Both the position numbers and the translations under genes were made by a program. 64,000 nt of DNA from a virus. The DNA lies in IMG/VR virus record IMGVR_UViG_3300040781_000091, positions 1-64,000 of that record. The stretch is one strand, 5' to 3'. Below, in pieces: positions 36,617-46,508 of this stretch; the stretch's first letter is position 1, and every line of letters begins with the position of its first letter. The notes below the pieces were generated by a model. The model saw only the letters and a list, made by a program, of their open reading frames with translations. It had not been told where the DNA came from and did no database searches.

Positions 36617-37392
36617 GTCCAGAGTGAGTGACGAATTTTAATAAGGCGGATCAAGTTTTCGTCGTCTTCGCGGCCCCACGCCTCTTCCTGGACGCGCACT
36701 GCATCGGCCCAGTCCTTTCTAGCTTTATATGCATTAGGATGATCTCGTTTAAATCTGTCAGACATTGTATACAAAATGCCATATTTACTTACACCATCGA
36801 ATTCATCTTCCGGTAGAGGAAGTTCTTCCCGGGCCGGACGAATATCTTTCCACCAAAGATACAGATCGAGTACTTCTCTAGCGACTCGTGCCTGGTGATC
36901 ACTGCGTTCGTGATCATCTAGCTCGGGATCGTCTAAAGTGATTTCCCAGTTTAGATGCTCTATTCCTAATTCACGGCTACGGAAAGTAATATTATTCCAC
37001 GTCCGACGAAAAGGAATGTACCTTTTTAGATGACGAAACGGTGCATTGTCCTCTCGTTCGTTGCTTCCCTTTTGCATCCATGCCTTTTCGATCTCAACAA
37101 AATCAACTAATAGCTGAAAGTTAGCATGAAGCATTTTAGTTTCTAACTCATAATATCCGGGTTTCAATCCGGTGTGAATTACATGATATCGGACAATGCG
37201 ATATCGAACCCAATCTACTATGTTAGTGTATTTCCACGAAACTCTTTTCCAAGAAACATAAGGCAACTTGTGCGTCAAGAAATAACGAACGGGTGCATTA
37301 CTTTTGAATTGGACCTCGAAGTCGACCCATTCGTCGGCTGTGCCTGCAGCGGGCGGGTTATACTTCATCCAACGTTTGAGTTTCGTGTACAT
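36613..37392 (-). CDS. Hypothetical phage protein
   Basis: 259 aa, ends LIRLIKIRHSLWT. Confidence 0.75.
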   Translation of the reverse strand: MYTKLKRWMKYNPPAAGTADEWVDFEVQFKSNAPVRYFLTHKLPYVSWKRVSWKYTNIVDWVRYRIVRYHVIHTGLKPGYYELETKMLHANFQLLVDFVEIEKAWMQKGSNEREDNAPFRHLKRYIPFRRTWNNITFRSRELGIEHLNWEITLDDPELDDHERSDHQARVAREVLDLYLWWKDIRPAREELPLPEDEFDGVSKYGILYTMSDRFKRDHPNAYKARKDWADAVRVQEEAWGREDDENLIRLIKIRHSLWT

Positions 37393-37398
37393 CGCGCA

Positions 37399-37605
37399 TT
37401 ATTTCCCTTCGGTAGATTGCGATACAAATCCATTAAGTTTTTCTGCTTCTGCAAGCACTTCGTCTGTGGTTGGTGCCTTTGTTATTAGTGCAGTAGGAGC
37501 AACGGCTTCTGCTGCACACTCTGCCTCTTTTTGTCCTCTAACAATTCTATATGCTAGTTCAAGCAAATCTAAACGTATTTCGTACGGTGTCTTTCCGTTT
37601 TTCAT
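37399..37605 (-). CDS. Small hypothetical phage protein
   Basis: PYEIRLDLL...PTTDEVLAEAEKLNGFV. Confidence 0.7.
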   Translation of the reverse strand: MKNGKTPYEIRLDLLELAYRIVRGQKEAECAAEAVAPTALITKAPTTDEVLAEAEKLNGFVSQSTEGK

Positions 37606-37641
37606 TATTATTATTCCGTATATATTGTGATTGTGTTTGCA

Positions 37642-37670
37642 ATTATATATTTAAATTATATAAATTGCAA
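37642..37670 (-). promoter_or_regulatory. sigma70-type promoter inside an AT-rich near-palindrome
   Basis: TTGCAA-N17-TATAAT. Confidence 0.6.
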
Positions 37671-37674
37671 GTGT

Positions 37675-37992
37675 TTATGCAATTATCTTTTTAGGTTGTG
37701 GTACTACAAGATCAGATGTTGCAGATGCATATGCAGACTTAACATCTTTTTCTGGTGCGAAGTGCCCGGAGATTCCCGAACGGTATAGAACTACATCTGT
37801 TTTTGGCTCTGCCATCATCATCATCGGACCAAATGCTACTCCTTCTGGAGTCTGCATTAATTGCAAAGGCGCATGAACTACGACCTCCGTGTCGCTGACA
37901 GAAAGCACCTTGCAAATAATTTCTCTACCCGAATTCAATAAAAGGCATACTGTTTCGTTTTCTTTTAACTGTGGTGTGTTTTGTATTAACAT
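37675..37992 (-). CDS. Small Sm-like beta-barrel protein
   Basis: LLLNSGREIICKV...PLQL pattern; TAATG-coupled to nrdB. Confidence 0.55.
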   Translation of the reverse strand: MLIQNTPQLKENETVCLLLNSGREIICKVLSVSDTEVVVHAPLQLMQTPEGVAFGPMMMMAEPKTDVVLYRSGISGHFAPEKDVKSAYASATSDLVVPQPKKIIA

Positions 37993-39128
37993 TATAATTT
38001 TAATCCTGCAAATGTATCGCTACCGATATCGTTATTGATACCCCCGATGAGGTATGATGTGATCTCTTCTTCCTGTGGTGCTACTTGTGTATCTTTTGAA
38101 CTTACCCAGTGCTCTGTCCAGGGCAAGGGGTTAGAGGGCTGATTATACGGTCCCTTTAGCCCTAATGTTCTCATGCGCTTATTAGCGATAAACTGAACAT
38201 ATTCTTTTAGGATATCTGCGTTTAATCCTACAATCGAACCCTTACTAAACAGATACTCTGCCCACTGTTCTTCTTGCAGTACTGCGTCAGCGAACATGTC
38301 ATAAACTTGCGGTTCACATTCTGCTGCAATTTGTGCCATCAGCGGACCTTCGCTACCATCTCTCCACTTCTTCAAAATATGCGAAGTAATGGCTAGGTGT
38401 AAATTCTCGTCCCGGCAGATCATTTTAATGATCTTTGCAGACTTTTCCATGATGTGCATCGACTCAGCGAACGCCCAGGTACATGCAAAGCTCACATAGA
38501 ATCGAACACCCTCTAATATATTAATTGCAACCATCAATAGATACAATTTTGTCTTTAGCTCGTGTTCGTCGACTACAATAGTATCTCCGTTTACTTTGTG
38601 AGTTCCGAATCCTAACATATTATACCAATTAGCATACTCGATAAAGTCGTCGTAATACTTTGTGACTGCTTGGGCTCGTTCGATAATCGGCTCTATGTCT
38701 AATATGCCGTCTAGCATCTTACTAGGATCATTATAAATTCCACGAATAATGTGCGTGTACGAACGAGAATGAATTGTTTCTACAAAGCTCCAGGTTTCGA
38801 TTAATGTTTCTAGCTCCGGCAAGGAACAATGCGGCAACAGTGCAACACTCGGTGCTCTGCCCTGAACACTGTCTAACAATATCTGGTAATACAGATTGCT
38901 AGTAAATATGTGCTGGCCACCTTCCGACAATTGCTTATGGAAGTTTGCAGCATCCTGATTCATTGAAATTTCCTCAGGTACCCAGAAGAAGCTCATTTGC
39001 TTGCGTATTTGCTTCTCAAAGAAGTCATATTTCTGTTTATCGTATCTAGCTACGTTAACGGGTGCCCCGAAGAACATCGGCTCTTTAGTTGCGTCATTTT
39101 TGGCTAAATTAAACGTCTTAAACTTCAT
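37992..39128 (-). CDS. nrdB: Ribonucleotide reductase class Ia beta subunit
   Basis: FFWVPEE, LDSVQ, ETIHSRSY, EGVRFY, RDENLH, QVAPQE. Confidence 0.95.
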   Translation of the reverse strand: MKFKTFNLAKNDATKEPMFFGAPVNVARYDKQKYDFFEKQIRKQMSFFWVPEEISMNQDAANFHKQLSEGGQHIFTSNLYYQILLDSVQGRAPSVALLPHCSLPELETLIETWSFVETIHSRSYTHIIRGIYNDPSKMLDGILDIEPIIERAQAVTKYYDDFIEYANWYNMLGFGTHKVNGDTIVVDEHELKTKLYLLMVAINILEGVRFYVSFACTWAFAESMHIMEKSAKIIKMICRDENLHLAITSHILKKWRDGSEGPLMAQIAAECEPQVYDMFADAVLQEEQWAEYLFSKGSIVGLNADILKEYVQFIANKRMRTLGLKGPYNQPSNPLPWTEHWVSSKDTQVAPQEEEITSYLIGGINNDIGSDTFAGLKL

Positions 39129-41401
39129 AATTTACAGCCTCCGTCCGTGCAATCATCATCGTCATCAAACAGTATTTCGTCTGATTGTCCATCATATGTA
39201 TTGCAGTAATATAATGTTTTGCCGCCGATGCGATAGAAATAGATATCGTCCTGTATCATTTTAGACATAGGAATTTCTTCGCCTGGGAAGTTTTGTGGAT
39301 TGTACCAAGTGTTCGCAGAAATAGTCTGATCAAAGTATTTCTGCGAAATTGCAATCAGGTTTAAGTAACCTGTGGTGTTTGGCATATCCCAGGCTAGCTC
39401 ATACTTGTTCTTCAATCTGGGATATCCGGGCACAACCTGACGTAGTCTTCCTTCGCCGGATCCCTTTACAGTAATAAATCCACGTGGTGGCTCAAATCCG
39501 TTAGTACCATTAGCAATCTGGGCAGAAGTTTCTGCAGGCATGCCTGCTGACAACGTCGAGTTCATCATACCGTGTTCTTTCACTTGCGCTCTTAGCCAAT
39601 CCCAGTCCATTTTTAAATTAGGAGCAACTACTTCTGTGTCTATGTCTCGCTTGTATGTGTCAATTGGCATAATACCCTGACTGTATTTTGTCTCATTAAA
39701 CTTAGGACATGGTGCGCCTCTCTCTTTCGCTACTGTCATGCTAGCCTTAATGAGATAGTACTGGAAAGCTTCCATGACTTCATCCCAATGTGCCACTGCG
39801 CTATTGTCCGAATACTTATAGCCATTCTTTGCTAGCCAATAAGCAAGGTTAAAAATTCCGATACCGAGTGGCCTACGATTAAGCGTTGCGTTTTCTGCTG
39901 CGGCGACTGGATAATGCTGATAGTCCAATAACTCATTTAATGCACGGACTAGCAATTCTAACGGCTTCTCTAGATCAGCTGTTGTTTTCAGTTTGCCTAA
40001 GTTGGCAGCGGCCAATGTACACAATGCAATCTCACCGTTCGGATCGTTAGGATATTCTAACGGCTTAGTTGGTAGCGTAATCTCAGCACACAAATTAGAC
40101 ATTCTAACAGGAGCCACTGCTTCTAAGAAACTGCTGTGGGTGTTTGCATGATCTACATTGAGTTTGTAGATACGACCTGTTTCTTTTCGCTGGGTATGGT
40201 ACAAAGCAAACAACTCTGCTGCTGGAATAGATTTCTTAGTTATGCTTGTTTTTCTTTCATACATCTCATACAGTTCACGAAACTTTGCTTGATCATTGAA
40301 GAACGCCTCGTGCATATCAGTTACTTCGTGCGGACTAAACAATGTAATGTTCTCACCCTTAATCAATCTTTCATACATCAAGCCATTAAACTGAATACCA
40401 TAATCCATATGGCGTACTGCGGTTTCTTCTGTTCTTGTGTTGCTGCGAAGTGTTAAAATGTTTTCGATTTCTAAATGCCACAGAGGAGCATATAGTGTTG
40501 CTGCTCCGCCCCGAACGCCACCTTGGCTACAGGACTTAACTGCTGCCTGGAATAGACGATAGAAAGGCTGAATGCCAGTGTGTCGTGTGTCGCCACCGCG
40601 GATCTCAGAGTCAACTGCTCTAATATGTCCGCCCTCGATGCCAATTCCCGCCTTACGACTAATGTAATCGACGATTGCAGTAGTGGTGGCGTTAATAGAT
40701 CCTAAAGAATCGCCACATTCAATTAACACACAAGAACTAAACTGCTTCACTTTAGTACGCATGCCTGCCATAATAGGAGTTGGCAGAGAAATATCGCCTA
40801 AGCTAAGTGCATCATAAAATTCCTTTACATATTTTAGTCTTGTTTCAGCAGGATAACGATGAAACATTACTGCCGAAATTAGCATATTCAGATACTGGGG
40901 AGTCTCGTATACTTCTTTTGTTACTCTATTCTGTACTAAATATTTGCCATGGAACTGTTCCATGCCTGCAAACGAGTGACTAAAGTCCCTCTGATGATCA
41001 ATGACTGTATCTAAATATTCCCAATCTGCATCCGAGTACCACTCGAACAATTCCGGAGTGTAATACTTTAGTTCGATGTTTCGCTGTATTAGTTTCTTGA
41101 GTGGCCAAGGATCAAATTGCCCTAGTGCTTCTTTTCGTAATTGGAAAAGTCTAAGACGAGCTGCTACCCACTGATAATTTGGCGTGTCCTCGGAGATCAA
41201 CTCATGAGCTGTTGCAATCATTATCTCATGGATCTCGTCGGTAGGTATACCTGGGTATAGCTGAAGTTGTGATTTTGTCTCTATCTGCGAAACCGAAACA
41301 CCACTAACGTCTTCGGTGGCCCAGAAAAGTATTTTATGTATTTTGTCGGGGTCGAATAATTCTTTTTCACCATCCCGCTTGGTTACCAGTATTTGCTTCA
41401 T
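39125..41401 (-). CDS. nrdA: Ribonucleotide reductase class Ia alpha subunit with ATP cone
   Basis: VTKRDG, QFSSCV, SQGGVRGG, SNLCAEI, KTLYY, C-terminal CTDGGC. Confidence 0.96.
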   Translation of the reverse strand: MKQILVTKRDGEKELFDPDKIHKILFWATEDVSGVSVSQIETKSQLQLYPGIPTDEIHEIMIATAHELISEDTPNYQWVAARLRLFQLRKEALGQFDPWPLKKLIQRNIELKYYTPELFEWYSDADWEYLDTVIDHQRDFSHSFAGMEQFHGKYLVQNRVTKEVYETPQYLNMLISAVMFHRYPAETRLKYVKEFYDALSLGDISLPTPIMAGMRTKVKQFSSCVLIECGDSLGSINATTTAIVDYISRKAGIGIEGGHIRAVDSEIRGGDTRHTGIQPFYRLFQAAVKSCSQGGVRGGAATLYAPLWHLEIENILTLRSNTRTEETAVRHMDYGIQFNGLMYERLIKGENITLFSPHEVTDMHEAFFNDQAKFRELYEMYERKTSITKKSIPAAELFALYHTQRKETGRIYKLNVDHANTHSSFLEAVAPVRMSNLCAEITLPTKPLEYPNDPNGEIALCTLAAANLGKLKTTADLEKPLELLVRALNELLDYQHYPVAAAENATLNRRPLGIGIFNLAYWLAKNGYKYSDNSAVAHWDEVMEAFQYYLIKASMTVAKERGAPCPKFNETKYSQGIMPIDTYKRDIDTEVVAPNLKMDWDWLRAQVKEHGMMNSTLSAGMPAETSAQIANGTNGFEPPRGFITVKGSGEGRLRQVVPGYPRLKNKYELAWDMPNTTGYLNLIAISQKYFDQTISANTWYNPQNFPGEEIPMSKMIQDDIYFYRIGGKTLYYCNTYDGQSDEILFDDDDDCTDGGCKL

Positions 41402-41413
41402 TCACTTTCCTTG

Positions 41414-41854
41414 TTATGATATTTTTTTTATTTGTTCGTTGTATTTGCACACAACCTGTGTATTCTTCGAAAGCTCTTGCCATGTACTTATCGCGCCCAA
41501 TTCGTAATTCAAAACATATTGACCGTCTGCTACTACTATCAGAAATCTATCTTCCTTTGTGTCCACTAACCATATTTCTGTTTCTAATTCAAACTGAGGC
41601 AGAAGCACCAATGTATAGTAGATTAAAAGACTAATCGAGTTCTGACAGAATGTTCGGTGGTATAATATTTCCCAAGGATCAGGCCATGATTCCGGAGTAT
41701 AATAATCTAGGCTCCGGCTGCCAATTGGTGTCCTTGCAAAAAATTCTGCAACTCTGTTTAATTGCTCTTGTGTTGTTAGATTTTTTATTTCATCTCTGAA
41801 CGTTTTCCAGAGCGACAAACGTTGCTCCGGAAAAGAAGCTTGATCTGTTAGCAT
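41414..41854 (-). CDS. Hypothetical protein, possible transglutaminase-like fold
   Basis: WPDPWEIL...FC...LIYYTL...VLNY. Confidence 0.45.
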   Translation of the reverse strand: MLTDQASFPEQRLSLWKTFRDEIKNLTTQEQLNRVAEFFARTPIGSRSLDYYTPESWPDPWEILYHRTFCQNSISLLIYYTLVLLPQFELETEIWLVDTKEDRFLIVVADGQYVLNYELGAISTWQELSKNTQVVCKYNEQIKKIS

Positions 41855-41896
41855 GTGCCAACCTTTAACTATGTGTTATGTGTTTGTTGTATTTAG

Positions 41897-42901
41897 TTAA
41901 AAACTTAACCAGCGACGAGTGTTAGTAGTAAAGGTCATCGTCGGCACTGGAAAAGAAGTAATGTATTCTACAGCAAGAGTTGTTCCGCTTACAACTGCAC
42001 GGAATTCAACAGTAATGCTATCTCCGCTAGTATCGATATCTGTGCCAGAATCTATTAAACTAGCAGTCGTACCATCAGTAGTAATATGTAATGTTCCTAC
42101 TTTTGTGTATTCTGTCGGTGCATTTGTGATGTCGTATAGACTATAATCAACTACAAATGCATCTGCAGATGTTAGCTGAAAAGTAAACCCGGAAATCGGT
42201 GTCCATGTAGCTACACTAGGCGGCAACGTAAAACGTATGCCTGGCATAAGAATATTACTATTGTCGCCGCCACCACCACCGCTGACCTGAGTAGTTTCTG
42301 TGTAGATCTCTACGTTTTGTCTTACGGTAACAAGACCCGGACGATTCATCGTTACCGGTTCTTCGAATACAAAGTTCATTACTTCAGCAGCGGCGCCGGC
42401 ATATTGTACTGTATAGATGTTATCATCCATCACTAGAGCAACAGCGCCACTAACGACAACAAACTCATTTGTCGGGTTACCCAAGGGGTCGCCGAACCAA
42501 CGTGCAGGGCCCTGAGTTATTGTTGGAATAGTTCCGGGTGGCGTGAAATAACCAAGAAAGGACATGCCACTAGTAGGAACACCCTGAGTATCGTATTCGT
42601 ATGCAGTAACTACAATGTCGGCACCATATTCGCCGTCTAATACAGGAGTGTTAACATCTGTTAGTGTAACCTGAATAACTTGTGTCTGGGCAACACTATT
42701 CGCATATAGCATTGACTGAGTATCTGGTGTAAAAGTTTCTATAACTGGCGAAATTACGCTGTTAATGTTGTCTGGGTCTGCACCAATAAACAACTGCAAC
42801 GTATCGAGACAGAATCCTAATTCACCCGGCAACAGAGGTTGCGGCAAATCTCTACGTAATCCCCTGCGATTTTCAATTTTAGCAACTATGACATCAGACA
42901 T
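41897..42901 (-). CDS. Virion structural protein
   Basis: N-terminal RRG..DLPQPLLPGELGFCLDT.QLFIG fibre-anchor-like motif; late promoter. Confidence 0.7.
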   Translation of the reverse strand: MSDVIVAKIENRRGLRRDLPQPLLPGELGFCLDTLQLFIGADPDNINSVISPVIETFTPDTQSMLYANSVAQTQVIQVTLTDVNTPVLDGEYGADIVVTAYEYDTQGVPTSGMSFLGYFTPPGTIPTITQGPARWFGDPLGNPTNEFVVVSGAVALVMDDNIYTVQYAGAAAEVMNFVFEEPVTMNRPGLVTVRQNVEIYTETTQVSGGGGGDNSNILMPGIRFTLPPSVATWTPISGFTFQLTSADAFVVDYSLYDITNAPTEYTKVGTLHITTDGTTASLIDSGTDIDTSGDSITVEFRAVVSGTTLAVEYITSFPVPTMTFTTNTRRWLSF

Positions 42902-42931
42902 GTACCTTTCCTCAAACTTTTCATGTATTTA

Positions 42932-43600
42932 TCATAATCCGAACTTCTCGTAATATGTATATAATCGCTCATACCACTTAGTCACGTACGAGTCATATTC
43001 TTCACCTTCGATAATAAACTCCAGGTAGTGTCCGGTATGACATCCCATCATCACTACACCTTTTCGGATATTAGTTCCGAACATTTGATTATGGGATTCG
43101 CCGTATGCTGCTAATTGGCAGAAATAATCTTCAACCCACGCTCTTTGCTTATATTTACGTGAGTTTTTAAAATCCATTATGGCCGGAGTGCCTTTGTGTA
43201 CACCTACGAGATCTGTTGTTCCTGCGTACAGCTCGGAAGAATACAGTCCCACCTCTGTTCCCCATACTTCGTCGACATTACACAGACCACGTTTAATAAC
43301 GAGATCAGTAAGGATGCGCGTCAACATATTGCCCTTTGCCTTTGCACCGGTCAAGATATACTGTTCCAAGTTATCGTGTAGCTGATTTCCGATTGTAGTT
43401 GCTTGTTCTACAATTTTGTTTGCTTCTTCCTCGCCAATGCTGTCTCTCCATTTTACTAGGAAAGACTTGTCTGCGGTTTCACCGAGGATAGTTGTTACGC
43501 TTGGAAGAGAACGAGCCTCGCCGACGTCATAATGTCGTATGCCGTTTGGTAGTGTTGTTCTCCCGTATTCTTTATAGTTATAGGGATTAGTTAGAATCAT
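42932..43600 (-). CDS. PD-(D/E)xK exonuclease (RecB/Cas4-like)
   Basis: PSVTTIL, G..LH, E, YAGTTDL, IMDFK, CQLAAY. Confidence 0.85.
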   Translation of the reverse strand: MILTNPYNYKEYGRTTLPNGIRHYDVGEARSLPSVTTILGETADKSFLVKWRDSIGEEEANKIVEQATTIGNQLHDNLEQYILTGAKAKGNMLTRILTDLVIKRGLCNVDEVWGTEVGLYSSELYAGTTDLVGVHKGTPAIMDFKNSRKYKQRAWVEDYFCQLAAYGESHNQMFGTNIRKGVVMMGCHTGHYLEFIIEGEEYDSYVTKWYERLYTYYEKFGL

Positions 43601-43606
43601 TGCAGC

Positions 43607-43635
43607 ATTATATAATAAAAACTCGGAAAAGTCAA
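43607..43635 (-). promoter_or_regulatory. sigma70-type promoter; predicted start site at the exonuclease ATG
   Basis: TTGACT-N17-TATAAT. Confidence 0.75.
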
Positions 43636-43648
43636 GTCAATATTTATA

Positions 43649-44803
43649 TCAGCACCAGCAGATTTCCCACTCGATTGTTCCATTCTCAGTAGGTCTAACC
43701 TGAATCATATATCCGAGATTAGTAAAGTATGCCAGTACCTGCTCTATTTGATCTTTTATGTTGCAATCGTCTAATTCGCCCATAACAACAAGATAATACG
43801 CATATGGGTCAGTCCCATACGGATTAGAATTCACAACTACATCAACTGTTGCGCCGTTTCCGCTCGAAGTCGGCGCAGGTATTACTGCTGCTGTTGTAGT
43901 GTCATCGTAGTTTGCTCCTGCGCTCACTACTTCGACACTTAAAAGTTCACCAGTGAGATCATCTACAGTAGGTAGCGCAACTGCGCCTGTGCCGAATCCG
44001 GTAATCTCAATGTAAGGAAGAATTGGACTGTAGAGTATTCCACCGTCCTGTACCGATACACCGGTAATTGCACCGGTCCCATCTACAGCCACTTCGCCAA
44101 CAAATCCCTGTCCTACGGGATGATTGATTGCTATCTGTGCTGTAATCGGTTGATAGTTTTCTCCACCGTCGCTAACGCCAACTGTTAAGATTTCGCCCCC
44201 GCTACCAACAGACTGAATAAACAAGGACGCGCCTGTACCGTCCGGATGTGTTACTGTTATAGGTGATGCAGTAGTATAGTTGAAACCCGGATTAACAACA
44301 ACTACGTCTGTTATTGCACCTGTAATGCTATCAACAACTAACGAAAGAACTGCTGTAGTGGACCCTGGCTGCCCTACGACTGCTTGTGCTAAAATAGGAT
44401 CATACCCAGTACCACCTGCTGTTACTGTGATACTTTCTATTACCCCGCTCGGATACACAACAACATCTGCCGTTGCTCCTGTGCCTGGCGCGCCAGTAGG
44501 TCCGGTAAAGGTAGCTGTAGCAATTACAGGAAAGTAATCTATCCCAGGAGCAGTTACATTAATTGCAGTAACTCCTGCTGCCCAAGTCATCGGGGTGGCT
44601 CCACTCATTGTAACACAGAACGCGCCGTTCTTTCTTACACAAGTCATTGTGTTGGTATCTAGTTCGCAGTTTGGAGTAGTTGCCGCTAAGATTCCTTGCT
44701 GTATCGCACAAACCTCAGAAAAGATAATCTTGTTATCTCTCGCTAAGAGTTTGGCAGTACTTGCGTCTGGAAATGTAACACTACTATTGCAATTCGTTGC
44801 CAT
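43649..44803 (-). CDS. Virion protein with about six beta repeats
   Basis: Repeats ending PGIDY, GGTGY, PGFNY, GGENY, GGILY, AGANY. Confidence 0.7.
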   Translation of the reverse strand: MATNCNSSVTFPDASTAKLLARDNKIIFSEVCAIQQGILAATTPNCELDTNTMTCVRKNGAFCVTMSGATPMTWAAGVTAINVTAPGIDYFPVIATATFTGPTGAPGTGATADVVVYPSGVIESITVTAGGTGYDPILAQAVVGQPGSTTAVLSLVVDSITGAITDVVVVNPGFNYTTASPITVTHPDGTGASLFIQSVGSGGEILTVGVSDGGENYQPITAQIAINHPVGQGFVGEVAVDGTGAITGVSVQDGGILYSPILPYIEITGFGTGAVALPTVDDLTGELLSVEVVSAGANYDDTTTAAVIPAPTSSGNGATVDVVVNSNPYGTDPYAYYLVVMGELDDCNIKDQIEQVLAYFTNLGYMIQVRPTENGTIEWEICWC

Positions 44804-44826
44804 CTACTCTTATCCCCTAACTGTTT

Positions 44827-45150
44827 TTAAATATCAACTGCGTCTTGCGCCATCTGCGAGACTCTTTCTTTATTTTCTTCTTCTGCTTCTCTATCGCCGC
44901 TTTGTGCTGCTACATCGTCTGGCTTTAAATTCACTTGTTCGGGTGTTGCTGTTTGAACAAACGGATTGCCATTTAAAATGGTCATAATTGAATTATTATT
45001 TACATTGTGTCCCATAGCCTGAAGTTGAGTTACCAATAACTCCGTAGGTACATCAGACATGCCACGGCCTTTGGCCGCAGCAAGTAGGTCTTGTAAATCA
45101 ACTTCTAGCTGTTCGCCATAGCCCTCAACTAGAATTTCAATTGCTCTCAT
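44827..45150 (-). CDS. Putative head/core protein
   Basis: MRAIEILVE N-terminus; head-gene cluster. Confidence 0.6.
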   Translation of the reverse strand: MRAIEILVEGYGEQLEVDLQDLLAAAKGRGMSDVPTELLVTQLQAMGHNVNNNSIMTILNGNPFVQTATPEQVNLKPDDVAAQSGDREAEEENKERVSQMAQDAVDI

Positions 45151-46481
45151 TACGCAGTTTCTTTTAACGCCTTTGCACTAGCAAGAAGCTTTTTCATTTC
45201 TGCAATTTTCTTCTTCATGTTCTCTGCAGATTCTTTCTTAGCGCGGCCAAGTGGCTCGTCGTCTGGGCCACTCGCTGCTGGGTCGCCACCGAATTCATCT
45301 TCTATATCTAGATCAATTTCTGCATCGCCTAGATCTGAATCTAGGTCGCCGCCTAGTTCTGCTCCGAGGTCACCTGCAAGTTCATCGCCTGCAATTTCGG
45401 TGTCCATGTCCACGTCGGCAGCTAAGTCGCCAGCGCCGCTTGCCATCTTAGTGACGGTAGCATCGACTTCGTCTTTCGACTGATAAAGCGAATCCATAAC
45501 TGTCTGAAGTGCAGCATTTGTGGTGTTTTGAAAATTAGATGCAATATTAGGACCGTACGTATCACGTACTTGATCTGACAAAGGAGGAAGATCTTCGTTC
45601 TGTAGGCGACCAATCTTCTCAATCATATCTTGAATAGTCTTGCCAATGCCTTTTACAGCAATAATAATCTCTGCTTCGTCAACTTCCGACTCTAACAAAG
45701 CTCGTAGCTGTCTTACAAAATTTTCTCTCATTTCGGTCTTCCTCTTTGGTATTTGTTTGCTTCTTGCTATTTTTTGTCTGTTATATGCAGTCTGACCTTG
45801 CATAGTTTCTATGCCTTGGTCTCTGTCGTCATCCGCCATTGATAATGTACTACCGTCTAGATAGCTATCAACTGCACTCTGACCCTTAGGTACCATTTTG
45901 GCACGACCGGACTTATCGAGTAGATCGTCCCATGCACTTTCATCGAATTCTGCTTCGGTTTCTGTATCGATCATACAATCGCTAGATTCGAAAGCATGTT
46001 CCCGTTGGCCTACCTTTTCGATTGCCTTAGCACGACAATCAAAACGTACAGCTTCGTCTGGAAAACGCCACTTACTAGAACGATATTCTTTCATTGCTTG
46101 GTCACATGCATCTTCGATGTCATCACCTAACTCTAAGTTCTGTGCAACAAAATCAGACAACCAATCAATAACACGACGGTATGGACCAGAGGATGAAAAA
46201 TCCTGTCTTAGCTCGTCTAAGCGTTTGTTCTCAATGAGCGACTCAACGCACTCTAGAATAAGTAAGTTTTTTGATAATTCTGGGCAAGTTCTAGATACGC
46301 TACCGTTGATTTTGAGTTGCTGAACTGTTTCAAACACCTCATCTCTGGCTTGTTCTAATTTGCGCTGCGAAGTCTTCGGGGATATCGTTATACCATAGCG
46401 TTCGCCTAGCATACGATTTATCCGCTTAAATCGCTTAGAACTATCCTTTTTAAATTCTTCTAAAAGCATAGTAAGATCCAT
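45150..46481 (-). CDS. Putative prohead core/scaffold-like protein
   Basis: Helical, acidic, LLE/KKE sites, late promoter 46503-46510. Confidence 0.55.
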   Translation of the reverse strand: MDLTMLLEEFKKDSSKRFKRINRMLGERYGITISPKTSQRKLEQARDEVFETVQQLKINGSVSRTCPELSKNLLILECVESLIENKRLDELRQDFSSSGPYRRVIDWLSDFVAQNLELGDDIEDACDQAMKEYRSSKWRFPDEAVRFDCRAKAIEKVGQREHAFESSDCMIDTETEAEFDESAWDDLLDKSGRAKMVPKGQSAVDSYLDGSTLSMADDDRDQGIETMQGQTAYNRQKIARSKQIPKRKTEMRENFVRQLRALLESEVDEAEIIIAVKGIGKTIQDMIEKIGRLQNEDLPPLSDQVRDTYGPNIASNFQNTTNAALQTVMDSLYQSKDEVDATVTKMASGAGDLAADVDMDTEIAGDELAGDLGAELGGDLDSDLGDAEIDLDIEDEFGGDPAASGPDDEPLGRAKKESAENMKKKIAEMKKLLASAKALKETA

Positions 46482-46508
46482 TCCTTTATTGTGATTTTCT
46501 ATTATTTA

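Noticed and set aside
37992-41401. Introns, inteins or homing endonucleases in nrdA/nrdB (also thyA, ligase, rtcB)
   Set aside because: ORFs are continuous and of normal length
41897-42901. Diversity-generating retroelement target (Mtd-like N-terminus)
   Set aside because: No reverse transcriptase or TR/VR repeat pair visible in the window
42932-43600. CRISPR-associated Cas4 with an array
   Set aside because: No Fe-S cysteine set, no other cas genes and no repeat-spacer array seen
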